Origin: an uncultured bacterium
Lineage (GTDB): Bacteria > Gemmatimonadota > Gemmatimonadetes > Gemmatimonadales > Gemmatimonadaceae
Assembly (NCBI GenBank): GCA_963978095.1
Contig: CAXBQP010000042.1
Span: forward strand, 1 to 27,765
Length of the DNA stretch: 27,765 nt
Direction: 5' to 3'
The position numbers were made by a program, and so were the translations under genes. Below are positions 20,125 through 27,765 of the stretch, piece by piece; position 1 is the first letter of the stretch; every line of letters starts with the position of its first letter. The notes below the pieces were generated by a model. It was not told the DNA's origin. It did no database searches and saw only the letters and a program-made list of their open reading frames with translations.

Positions 20125-20157
20125 CGGATAAGCTCCGAAGTGGTGGGTGGGCTAACC

Positions 20158-20895
20158 TTAGACCGCCGGCTTGCCGGCGTTCTGCGCGGCCGTGTTGAAC
20201 TCACGGGTGAAGCGGCTGCGACCGAACTCTCCCGACACGCCCTTGATGAGATAGTCGATCATCTCCTTCGAGCTGTAGGTCATTTCGGCCGTGATGTTGT
20301 CGATCTTGGTCTGGAAGAAGTTGTACGCCCACACCGCCGGGATGGCCACGAGCAGACCGAACGCGGTGGTGATGAGGGCTTCGGCGACACCAGCCGAGAT
20401 CGAGGCGATGCCACCACCGCCGCCGGCGGCCATGCCCGTGAAGGCGTTGACGATACCCATCGTGGTCCCGAGCAGACCGACGAACGGCGCCGTGGCGCCG
20501 ACGGTCGCGAGCACACCGAGGCCACGCTTGAGCAGCACGATCGTCATCAGCATCTCGCGCTCCACCGCACGCTCGGCCGAGTTGATGTCGGACACCGTGA
20601 CCGACCCATCCTGGATCAGCGGCTTGATCTCGGAGAGCGAGTTACCGAGGACGCGGGCGACATGCGACTTCTTGTAGCCCACCGCCAGGTTGATCGCCTC
20701 GCTGAGGTTGTCCTCCTCGAGGAACTGCGAGAATTCCGGCGCGAACTTCAGCGTCTCCTTCTGGGCCGTACGGAGGTACCACCACTTCTGGAACATGATG
20801 GTGAGCGAGTACATGGACATGATCGCCAGGGTGTAGACGATGCCCTTGGCGAAACCGCCCATGGAGTGATAAAGCTCGACCAGGGAGAGATTCAT
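20158..20895 (-). CDS. exbB: MotA/TolQ/ExbB proton channel protein
   Basis: LATVGATAPFVGLLGT.MGI, GVAEALITTAFGLLVAIPA; AGGAG RBS. Confidence 0.94.
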   Translation of the reverse strand: MNLSLVELYHSMGGFAKGIVYTLAIMSMYSLTIMFQKWWYLRTAQKETLKFAPEFSQFLEEDNLSEAINLAVGYKKSHVARVLGNSLSEIKPLIQDGSVTVSDINSAERAVEREMLMTIVLLKRGLGVLATVGATAPFVGLLGTTMGIVNAFTGMAAGGGGGIASISAGVAEALITTAFGLLVAIPAVWAYNFFQTKIDNITAEMTYSSKEMIDYLIKGVSGEFGRSRFTREFNTAAQNAGKPAV

Positions 20896-20935
20896 TGCGA
20901 AGACTCCTGAACCGTATGAGTAGGAAGGACCGCGA

Positions 20936-21652
20936 TTACTTCTGGATGCCGAACACGAACGGCTGCTGGACCAGCTGCTTCACTTTCCTGTTCCCGACTT
21001 CCGCCGGGATGAACCGCATGTTCGGCAATGCATTCTTGACCGCCGAAGCAAACAGGTCATGTGACGTCTTGAGCACCTTGAAAGTGCTGATCTCGGCACG
21101 GCCCGTCGTATCGACGACGAACTGTGCGATGACTTCGCCCTCCACGCCGGCGCTCTTGAGAATGTCCGGGTACCGCGGAGCCGCCGAACCCGGCGCCTGC
21201 ATGACCGGCTTCTCCACCTGGAACTCCATGAGCGGCTGATCGGGGTTGGTCGGCAGTTCGACTTTGCCACCCACGACACCGTTCGCACGGCCACCGGCCG
21301 TTCCTTTCCCCGAGAAATCACTCTCGTTCGTCAGCTTCTTCGAGAGATCGATCTCCGGGAGCACGTCGGGAATGTTCACCGGCGCGGTCAGTACTTGGAA
21401 CCCCTTCACCGTCGGCGCGTCCGCGACCACATCTGGTGGCGGCGGCTTCGGCTCGTCCTTCGGCGGAGGTGGTTCGTCCTTCTTCGTCTCCACAAAGTCG
21501 ATCTTCTCTTCCTTCACCTTTTCCTTCTGCCCCGCGTTCAGCGTGGCCTTGATGGCGAAGAGAATGACGAGCGTGTGGAAGACGAAGCTGCCAACAGCAC
21601 CGCCCGTAGAGCGTTGCTTTTGGGCCTTCGACTCCAGCAGGTTGTTGAGCAA
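20936..21652 (-). CDS. tonB: energy transducer TonB
   Basis: TTG start with AAGGA RBS; TM SFVFH (SxxxH); EPPPP linker; RYP...GVEGEV...FVVDTTG...RFIPA TonB_C. Confidence 0.92.
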   Translation of the reverse strand: MLNNLLESKAQKQRSTGGAVGSFVFHTLVILFAIKATLNAGQKEKVKEEKIDFVETKKDEPPPPKDEPKPPPPDVVADAPTVKGFQVLTAPVNIPDVLPEIDLSKKLTNESDFSGKGTAGGRANGVVGGKVELPTNPDQPLMEFQVEKPVMQAPGSAAPRYPDILKSAGVEGEVIAQFVVDTTGRAEISTFKVLKTSHDLFASAVKNALPNMRFIPAEVGNRKVKQLVQQPFVFGIQK

Positions 21653-21744
21653 GTGTCCTTTCCTTTGCGGCTGTGGAAACCGTGAGACAAGCTCGGACAG
21701 GGGGAGAAGCTACTCGCCGGTTCGCCGCCGGGTAATGGGCGAAC

Positions 21745-21772
21745 ATTAAGATTTGCTTAATCGCGAGTTAGC
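21745..21772. promoter_or_regulatory. candidate OmpR-family (PmrA/QseB-like) binding box upstream of tonB
   Basis: ATTAAG-N5-CTTAAT-N5-GTTAGC, 11-bp periodic TTAA repeats in an AT-rich patch. Confidence 0.5.
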
Positions 21773-21794
21773 ATTCCGGACGACCGGACGCGGC

Positions 21795-23243
21795 CTAGGC
21801 CTCCACCTCCGGCAGCGCGGGGAGCGACACCGTGAAGGTGCTCCCACGCCCCAGGCGGCTGGCCACGAGGATCGACCCCCCGTGCGCCTGCGCGATCCAC
21901 TGGCTGATGGCGAGGCCAAGGCCCACTCCCCCGCGCTCGACCCGGGTCCTCGCACGATCCACCCGCCAGAACCGGTCAAAGATGAACGGGAGGTCCGCTC
22001 CCGCGATGCCGATGCCCGTATCCTTGACGGTGAACTGCGCGAATCCCTCCGCGAGCGTGAGCGACAACTCCACGCGCCCCCCGTTCGCGGTGTACTTGAT
22101 GGCGTTCGTGATCAAGTTCAGGAAGAGCTGGCGCAGGCGCACCACGTCGCCCCCGACGCTGACCTCGGCGATCGGACCGAGTGTGACCGTCAACCCGGCC
22201 TCCTCCCCCAGGATGTTGGCGGTCTCGGCCACATCGCGCACGAGGGGCTCCAGCGGGACCGGCTCGCGGTGCAGATCGAAGCGCCCCTCGTCCGCACGGG
22301 CAAGCGTGAGGAGCGACTCCACGAGGTCCGCCATGCGCGTGGTCTCCTGCAACGCTTCCTCGAGCGCGACCAGCTGCTCGGTGGCCCCTGGTCGGGTCGT
22401 CATGGCGCGCTCGATGTCCGCACGCAACACCGTGAGCGGCGTCTTGAGCTCGTGACTCGCGTCGGCGGTGAAGCGCCGCAGGCCCGCGAACGAGTTTTCG
22501 AGGCGCGCCAGCATCGCGTTGAGTGTCACCCCGAGCCGGCCGATCTCGTCGCCTTCGTCTTCGACCGGGATGCGTTTGTGCAGGGAGCGGCCGTCGGAGA
22601 TCGCTTCGACGTCGTTGATCATGCGGTCGACCGGCTCCAGAAAGCGGCCGGCGATCAGCCAGGCCGTCAGGATCGCGATCAGCACGACGACCGGGAAGAA
22701 GCGCAGGGCCAGACCCGTGATGTTCGACGCCGCTTCGTCGATGCGCGCGGCGGAGACCGCGGCCACCACACGCCGGACGCCCGGCGTGACGCGTGGATCC
22801 TCGAGGCGCGCGGCCACGATGACATCGGTCCGCAGACTGTCGAGCGTGATGAGCCGCAGCGGGTCGCCCGGCGTGAGGCGCAAGGCGAGTTCGCTCATGC
22901 GATCGCGATCGGCGACACTCAGCCGAGCGACCGATGGGGAGCCGTAGACGATGCGCGCGGAGTCGGTGACGATCAGGTATTCCGGCACCGCCTCGAGCCG
23001 CCGGCGCATGTTGGGATTCAGCTCGCGCCCGACCAGGGAATCGGTGATGACCGTGAGCTGGCTCTCGATGCCCCCTTGCTCCAGCAGTCGCGCGCCGAGG
23101 TCGGCATTCGCGACGGCGCGCGCACTCAGCTCGCGCGTGACCTCCACCCGCCGTTCCGCGACGAGGACCGCGGTGAAGGCCGCCATGGTGCCCAGGAGCG
23201 CCACCGTGTAACTGGCCGTGATGCGGGCGCGGATGGAGGCCAT
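21795..23243 (-). CDS. sensor histidine kinase (2 TM, HAMP, HisKA, HATPase_c)
   Basis: FTADASHELKTPL, NLITNAIKY, DTGIGI, IFDRFWR, GVGLGLAI. Confidence 0.96.
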   Translation of the reverse strand: MASIRARITASYTVALLGTMAAFTAVLVAERRVEVTRELSARAVANADLGARLLEQGGIESQLTVITDSLVGRELNPNMRRRLEAVPEYLIVTDSARIVYGSPSVARLSVADRDRMSELALRLTPGDPLRLITLDSLRTDVIVAARLEDPRVTPGVRRVVAAVSAARIDEAASNITGLALRFFPVVVLIAILTAWLIAGRFLEPVDRMINDVEAISDGRSLHKRIPVEDEGDEIGRLGVTLNAMLARLENSFAGLRRFTADASHELKTPLTVLRADIERAMTTRPGATEQLVALEEALQETTRMADLVESLLTLARADEGRFDLHREPVPLEPLVRDVAETANILGEEAGLTVTLGPIAEVSVGGDVVRLRQLFLNLITNAIKYTANGGRVELSLTLAEGFAQFTVKDTGIGIAGADLPFIFDRFWRVDRARTRVERGGVGLGLAISQWIAQAHGGSILVASRLGRGSTFTVSLPALPEVEA

Positions 23244-23253
23244 GACGTGTCCG

Positions 23254-23922
23254 TCAGCCCTTGATCACGTAACCCACGCCACGGACCGTGGTGATGAGCT
23301 TCTTGCCGCCTGGGCGATCGATCTTCTTGCGCAGGTGGTTGATCACGACGTCGACGATGTTGGTGCCGGGATCGAAGTGATAGCCCCACGCATATTCGGT
23401 GATCAGCGTCCGGCTCATCACCCGTCCCGCGTGCCGCATGAGATACTCGAGCACGAGGAATTCCTTCGGGGTGAGCTCCACGAGTGCTTCCGCCCGTTTC
23501 ACCTCGCGCGCGTCGAGACTCAGCTGGAGATCCCCCACCGTCAGGATGGCCGACGCCAGGGCCCGCGGCCGGCGGGCCAAGGCTTCGACGCGGGCGAGGA
23601 GTTCCTCGAACGCGAACGGCTTGGTCACGTAATCGTCGGCGCCGGCGCGCAGGGTTTCGACCTTGGCATCGACCGCGTCCTGCGCGGTGAGCACGAGCAC
23701 CGGCCGTTCGAAGCCACGCGCCCGCAGGTTGCGCAGGACATCGAGTCCCGAGCGCCCGGGGAGCCGCATGTCGAGTACGACCAGATCGTACGGCTGGGAG
23801 CGCGCGAGTCGCTCGCCCTCCTCGCCGTCCGTGCACAGATCCACGCCCCAGCGCTGCTCCTCGAGTCCGCGCTTCACGAACTGTCCGACCGTCGGATCGT
23901 CTTCGATGACAAGGACTTTCAT
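23254..23922 (-). CDS. OmpR/PhoB family response regulator (CusR/MprA-like)
   Basis: Start MKVLVIEDD; VLDMRLPG, GADDYVTKPF; wHTH LTPKEF..LEYLMR, TNIVDV.I.HLRKKID. Confidence 0.96.
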   Translation of the reverse strand: MKVLVIEDDPTVGQFVKRGLEEQRWGVDLCTDGEEGERLARSQPYDLVVLDMRLPGRSGLDVLRNLRARGFERPVLVLTAQDAVDAKVETLRAGADDYVTKPFAFEELLARVEALARRPRALASAILTVGDLQLSLDAREVKRAEALVELTPKEFLVLEYLMRHAGRVMSRTLITEYAWGYHFDPGTNIVDVVINHLRKKIDRPGGKKLITTVRGVGYVIKG

Positions 23923-25301
23923 GGGTTCCCCACGGAATCGGCGCGCGCCACGCCGTGTTCCCGAATCTTGCGATACAACGTCTTGGAAGAAATCCCCAGA
24001 CGTTCGGCCGCACGCCCCTGGTGTCCACCGACCCGGTCGAGCACGACTTGAATGTGGCGCCACTCCATGGCGTCCAGCGACTCATCGAGCGGGGGATCGA
24101 TCTCCACGCCCCCGTGTCGCGGCAGCATCAGATGTTTGGCATCGATCGACTCGCGCGGCGCGATCGTCACGGCCCGCATCATCACCGCGCGCAACTCCCG
24201 CAGGTTTCCCGGCCAGTGATACGCCTGCAGCGCTGCCACGGCCGCAGGGGTGAGCACGTGCGCCGCCAAGGGCGCGGCGTCGCGCACGTAGCGCTCGGCG
24301 ATCGGAATGATGTCCGCGGATCTGGCGCGCAGCGGCGGCAGGGCGATCAACTCGCCGCTGAGCTGCTGCAGCAGGTCGCCGCGGATCTCGTGCTGGTCGC
24401 CCATGGCGGTGAGCGTGGTGCCGATCACCCGGGCTTCGAGCGGCAGCCGTGCCCGCGCCCCCTCGCGCCGGTAGACACCCGCGGCCATCGCCTCGGCGAG
24501 CATCGCCTGCGCCCGGTGGTCGAGCCACTCGACGTCGCAGAACACCACCGTGCCGCCCGCGGCTTCCTCGAGGGCCCCCACGGTGCGAGGGCGCGCACCG
24601 CCCTCGGCCTCCGAGGGGTCGGTGGCGTCGGTCGCGTCCGCCGCGGTGCTGAACAGCGCCGGCAGCGCGTGGGCCGCGTCCAGCAGATCGCAGTTCACCT
24701 CGACGATCGGGCCGTTGGCTCGCGGAGAGACGTGATGCAGGTAGCGCGCGATCGTCGATTTTCCCGTGCCCGGTTCTCCGACAATCAGCACGGACCCGAG
24801 GGAATGGGCGGCGCGATGGGCGGCGGCTAAAGCCGTCTGCATGGAGACCGCGGCGGATTCCGGGGCGTGCGGCGCCTCCAACCGGAGCAGGCGTCGCCGC
24901 AGGCACGCGATCTCGACGCTCTTTCGGCGCTTCTCCGCGGCACCTCGCACCAGGATGTCGATCGCCTCCAGTTGATACGGCTTCGAGAGGTAGTCGTAGG
25001 CCCCGAACCGCAGGGCAGAGACTGCCGTATCTATGGTGCTGTGCCCGGAGATGATGATGCACTGGGGCGGAAACGGGTCCTCCTGCGCCCGGCGGAGGAT
25101 TTCGAGCCCGTCCATGTCCGGCATTTCGATGTCCAGCAGTGCGACGTCGAACGAGGACTCCCTGATGGTGCGGAGCGCCGCGCGACCATTGGCACACCGT
25201 TCGACCCGGTGCCCTCGGCCCTCGAGGTACCGTTTCAGCAGGCCGGCGACGATGTCGTCGTCTTCAGCAATCAGAACACGCACGTCAACTGTCGGAAGCA
25301 T
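23919..25301 (-). CDS. NtrC-like response regulator (REC-AAA+-Fis HTH) with a degenerate sigma54-activation domain
   Basis: Intact receiver, Walker A GEPGTGKS, WPGNLREL and HTH AAERLGISSKTLYRK; GAFTGA and Walker B altered; start 25301 (or GTG 25283). Confidence 0.9.
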   Translation of the reverse strand: MLPTVDVRVLIAEDDDIVAGLLKRYLEGRGHRVERCANGRAALRTIRESSFDVALLDIEMPDMDGLEILRRAQEDPFPPQCIIISGHSTIDTAVSALRFGAYDYLSKPYQLEAIDILVRGAAEKRRKSVEIACLRRRLLRLEAPHAPESAAVSMQTALAAAHRAAHSLGSVLIVGEPGTGKSTIARYLHHVSPRANGPIVEVNCDLLDAAHALPALFSTAADATDATDPSEAEGGARPRTVGALEEAAGGTVVFCDVEWLDHRAQAMLAEAMAAGVYRREGARARLPLEARVIGTTLTAMGDQHEIRGDLLQQLSGELIALPPLRARSADIIPIAERYVRDAAPLAAHVLTPAAVAALQAYHWPGNLRELRAVMMRAVTIAPRESIDAKHLMLPRHGGVEIDPPLDESLDAMEWRHIQVVLDRVGGHQGRAAERLGISSKTLYRKIREHGVARADSVGNP

Positions 25302-25309
25302 TGACAGCG

Positions 25310-25338
25310 AAGATAATATGACGCGCAAAATTGGACAA
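25310..25338 (-). promoter_or_regulatory. candidate sigma70 promoter of the regulator operon
   Basis: Minus strand TTGTCC-N17-TATCTT, 8 nt before ATG 25301. Confidence 0.55.
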
Positions 25339-25394
25339 GTTGACCGGTTTAGTGCCATGTAAAGCCGATCACAATGGAATCCGTGACGTCGAAA

Positions 25395-25430
25395 GGGACA
25401 CTTTCGGACAAATCGTCCGAAAAGTGCCCC
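25395..25430. repeat. long imperfect inverted repeat (operator or terminator)
   Basis: GGGACACTTTCGGAC-aaatc-GTCCGAAAAGTGCCCC. Confidence 0.6.
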
Positions 25431-25493
25431 TGATGATGTCAACCGGTCCGGCCGGAGACGCCCGCCCGCTACCCCGGGCTCGGGAGTCCGGCG

Positions 25494-25955
25494 TCAGGCG
25501 AGCTTGGCGATCTCGGCGAGGATTTCGCTGTTCTCGCGGCGCAGCCCGTTGTTCTCCTCGACGTAGGTCCATCGGACGATGCCCGCCTTGTCGATCAGAA
25601 AGTAGGAGCGGTTCGCGAAGAACGCGGTCTCGTTCAGCACACCGTAGGCGCGGGCCGTCTCGCGGCGGAAGTCACTCGCGAACTCGATGCCGGCGTGGGT
25701 GGATTCCTTGAAGGCCTTGAGGCTCGGCACCGCATCGACGCTCACCGGGATGACTTCCACGTCCTTGGAGGCGAACGCGGAGAAGTCGTCGCTGAAGGCG
25801 CAGACTTCCTTGGTGCACGTCCCGGTGAATGCCAACGGGAAGAAGGCCAGGAGCACATGCTTCTGCCCCTTCAGTCCAGCCAAGGTGACCTTGGCGCCAG
25901 CGGTGGTATCGAGGCTGAAGTCAGGGGCGGCGGAACCCACGGCGGGGATGGACAT
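25494..25955 (-). CDS. peroxiredoxin (AhpC/TSA family, AhpE/PrxQ-like)
   Basis: Start MSIPAVGSAAPDF; FFPLAFTGTCTKEVC (PxxxTxxC plus CxxxxC); SDF...ARAYGV; R.YFLIDKAG.VR. Confidence 0.93.
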   Translation of the reverse strand: MSIPAVGSAAPDFSLDTTAGAKVTLAGLKGQKHVLLAFFPLAFTGTCTKEVCAFSDDFSAFASKDVEVIPVSVDAVPSLKAFKESTHAGIEFASDFRRETARAYGVLNETAFFANRSYFLIDKAGIVRWTYVEENNGLRRENSEILAEIAKLA

Positions 25956-26049
25956 GATCAGCAGTCGTTGGGGAGGGGAGCGGACAGGCGACCACCCGGT
26001 GCGGTGGCCACACGCAAGATAACGTCGAGCGCTGGCGAAGGGTTCCGGC

Positions 26050-26250
26050 TCAGTGTGTGCTGGCGCGCATCCGGGCCATGGCGCTGTCGGCCAGCCGGGT
26101 GTCGTGCCGCTTGGCCCGGAACAACCGATTGGCGCTGTCCAGGGCCACCGTTCCACCAGGCGTGAGCGCGGACGCGGCACGGTCTGCAGCCGCCTGGGCG
26201 AGCAGGTCGATTCGCGCGGGCTCGATCGTCCTGTCAGCGGCGACGACCGC
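26050..26250 (-). pseudogene. possible gene remnant: 66 open codons in frame after the cytochrome stop, with no start codon at its 5' end
   Basis: AVVAADRTIEPARIDLLAQ...ALDSANRLFRAKRHDTRLADSAMARMRASTH*; protein-like helical composition. Confidence 0.3.
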
Positions 26251-27513
26251 CTACGGTTTCGGCGCGAGCGGATCGCGCAGGTGACAGCGCAGACACATCG
26301 TCCGGTTGCGCGCCGCCATGCGCACGGGATCGAAATCCGGACCGTGCGGACTGATGGACCACCCGCCGTTGGCGTGACACTGCGAGCAGTACGATTGCTG
26401 ATGGCAGCTGGTGCACGAGGTGAGATCCTGCCGCGCGGCCCGCCCGTGCTGCAGGAGCCACGGAGCGGCGCCGTTATGGAACCCGGTTCCGCGACGTTGC
26501 GCGGCGCCGGCGAATCCGGACTGGCGATGACAGTCGCGGCAGAACGCCTGCACGTTGTGACAGGACGCGCAGTCCGTTTCCGCGCTGTAGGCCTCTGGGG
26601 CATGCCGCGAGACGAAGTTGGCCGGATGGTACCGTTTCGCCCCGACCTGCTCCGCCGCGTGGCAATCCTTGCAGAACCGCTGGGCGTGGCATCCGACGCA
26701 CGTGGCGGCTTCCGAGGCGGCCGATGGTCCATGGACCTTGGCCCAGTTGGGTGCGTGGACGCGCACGGCGCGCGGCGCCGCGGCGGCGATGTGTGGCGCG
26801 GGAGACCACTCGGCGGCGCGTGGCGCGAGCATGGCGATTGCGGGGCGACCCGCATTTCCCGTGTGGCATGCGACACAGGTGGCTTGGGTGTGACAGACCG
26901 CGCAACGTGCGGCATTGCGGGTGGCCGCCGTGCCGTGCCCACGGGACGCGAAATCCACCAGCAGGTGATCCGCGGGCTTGGAGCGGCGGGGGGCGAGCGC
27001 GGCCACCACGCGCGCGACGCGCGCGTCGGCGGCGAGCGCGGCAATCGCAGCGTTCCCCGTGACGTCGAGATGGCAACGCGCACAACTCGACTGCGCATGA
27101 CAAATCGCGCACGTGGCGATCGCGCCCGTCGCTTGGGCGCCGTGCCCCTGCAAGAAATCGGCCCGCGCGTGCGTCGCCGGACGCGGCAGAGACGTGATCT
27201 GAACATCGGTGAGCCCGACGGCGCGGGTCAACGGACGATGGCAGGTGGAGCACTTGCTCTCGGCAGCGAGATGCTCCGGCGCCTGGTGGGCGTGGCACCC
27301 GATGCAGGTGGCCGGGGCCGCCCTGCCGACGGACATCCACCCCGCCGCCGTCGCGTGACAGCTCTGACAGGTGGCTTGATTCCCGGCCTTGGCGTCGTGC
27401 GCGGTGTGCGAGAAGACCAGCAGCCCCACGGGGCGTGCCGCGGGCGGCGCCCAGGTCCCCCGCCGGCGGCGTGTGCCGTCGTGACACGCGGCACACGCCG
27501 GCGGCTTCGGAAA
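26251..27513 (-). CDS. multiheme c-type cytochrome (15 CxxCH motifs visible), 5'-truncated
   Basis: 15 CxxCH motifs counted plus spare His ligands; no signal peptide; sequence beyond about 27513 belongs to an unrelated gene. Confidence 0.92.
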   Translation of the reverse strand, partial: FPKPPACAACHDGTRRRRGTWAPPAARPVGLLVFSHTAHDAKAGNQATCQSCHATAAGWMSVGRAAPATCIGCHAHQAPEHLAAESKCSTCHRPLTRAVGLTDVQITSLPRPATHARADFLQGHGAQATGAIATCAICHAQSSCARCHLDVTGNAAIAALAADARVARVVAALAPRRSKPADHLLVDFASRGHGTAATRNAARCAVCHTQATCVACHTGNAGRPAIAMLAPRAAEWSPAPHIAAAAPRAVRVHAPNWAKVHGPSAASEAATCVGCHAQRFCKDCHAAEQVGAKRYHPANFVSRHAPEAYSAETDCASCHNVQAFCRDCHRQSGFAGAAQRRGTGFHNGAAPWLLQHGRAARQDLTSCTSCHQQSYCSQCHANGGWSISPHGPDFDPVRMAARNRTMCLRCHLRDPLAPKP

Positions 27514-27765
27514 AATCCTGAAAGGCGCGGCCTTCCACAAGTCCGATTACGTCGAACTCTTGAGCCTTCTGTTCTTCCTGGTTCGCCTCGCCGCGACCAA
27601 GGGTAATATGGCGTTGGAGCCGCATATCGAAAAACCGTCCGAAAGCACGGCGTTTCAGAAATTTCCTAAAATCACGGCGAACCATCACGCGACCGCGCTG
27701 ATTTGCGACTATCTCCGCATGGTCGGTATGAATGCCGACGACCCCAACCAGATCGAAGACGTGAT
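27497..27765 (+). CDS. motA: internal fragment of flagellar motor stator MotA (no start codon; runs off the window)
   Basis: Manual translation: GGFGKILKGAAFHKSDYVELLSLLFFLVRLAATKGNMALEPHIEKPSESTAFQKFPKITANHHATALICDYLRMVGMNADDPNQIEDV, matching the MotA cytoplasmic loop pattern (Y..LL.LL, KG..ALE.HIE.P..S..F..P, .DYLRM). In-frame TGA at 27482. Confidence 0.8.

Noticed and set aside
19193..20895. Flagellar stator or Tol-Pal assignment for the exbB/exbD genes
   Set aside because: No MotB/OmpA-like domain and no tolB/pal; the flanking TonB_C protein supports Ton.
25343..25358. Possible sigma54 promoter TGGCAC upstream of the NtrC-like gene (similar at about 16632-16637 before hppA)
   Set aside because: The -24 element is present but there is no TTGC at -12.
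26251..26253. Pyrrolysine recoding of the cytochrome TAG
   Set aside because: No pyl genes in the window; other genes here end normally at TAG; the protein ends naturally after its last heme motif.
25494..27206. 570-aa ORF suggesting a long peroxiredoxin fusion
   Set aside because: The upstream part is an off-frame read of the cytochrome; the Prx domain starts at ATG 25955.

Overview
High-GC bacterial chromosomal segment; gene content and protein style suggest Gemmatimonadota (inference, no search run). Left to right it holds: the truncated 5' end of a 2-oxoacid dehydrogenase E2 gene, three small hypotheticals and a CDP-alcohol phosphatidyltransferase; a peptidoglycan-salvage cluster (NamZ-like muramidase, NagZ-AmiE fusion lipoprotein, SSS transporter, BadF/MurK-like kinase) with an A-type Fe-S carrier gene inside it; and a long minus-strand run. 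That run comprises dienelactone hydrolase, SAM methyltransferase, three amino-acid/dicarboxylate transporters around a K+-independent H+-PPase, tonB-exbB-exbD-exbD-tonB2, a kinase plus OmpR-type regulator plus degenerate NtrC-like regulator, a peroxiredoxin and a multiheme cytochrome c with at least 15 hemes. The cytochrome is cut at about 27500 by an opposite-strand internal fragment of flagellar motA, most likely a chimeric junction. No rRNA, tRNA, CRISPR array or mobile element was seen.
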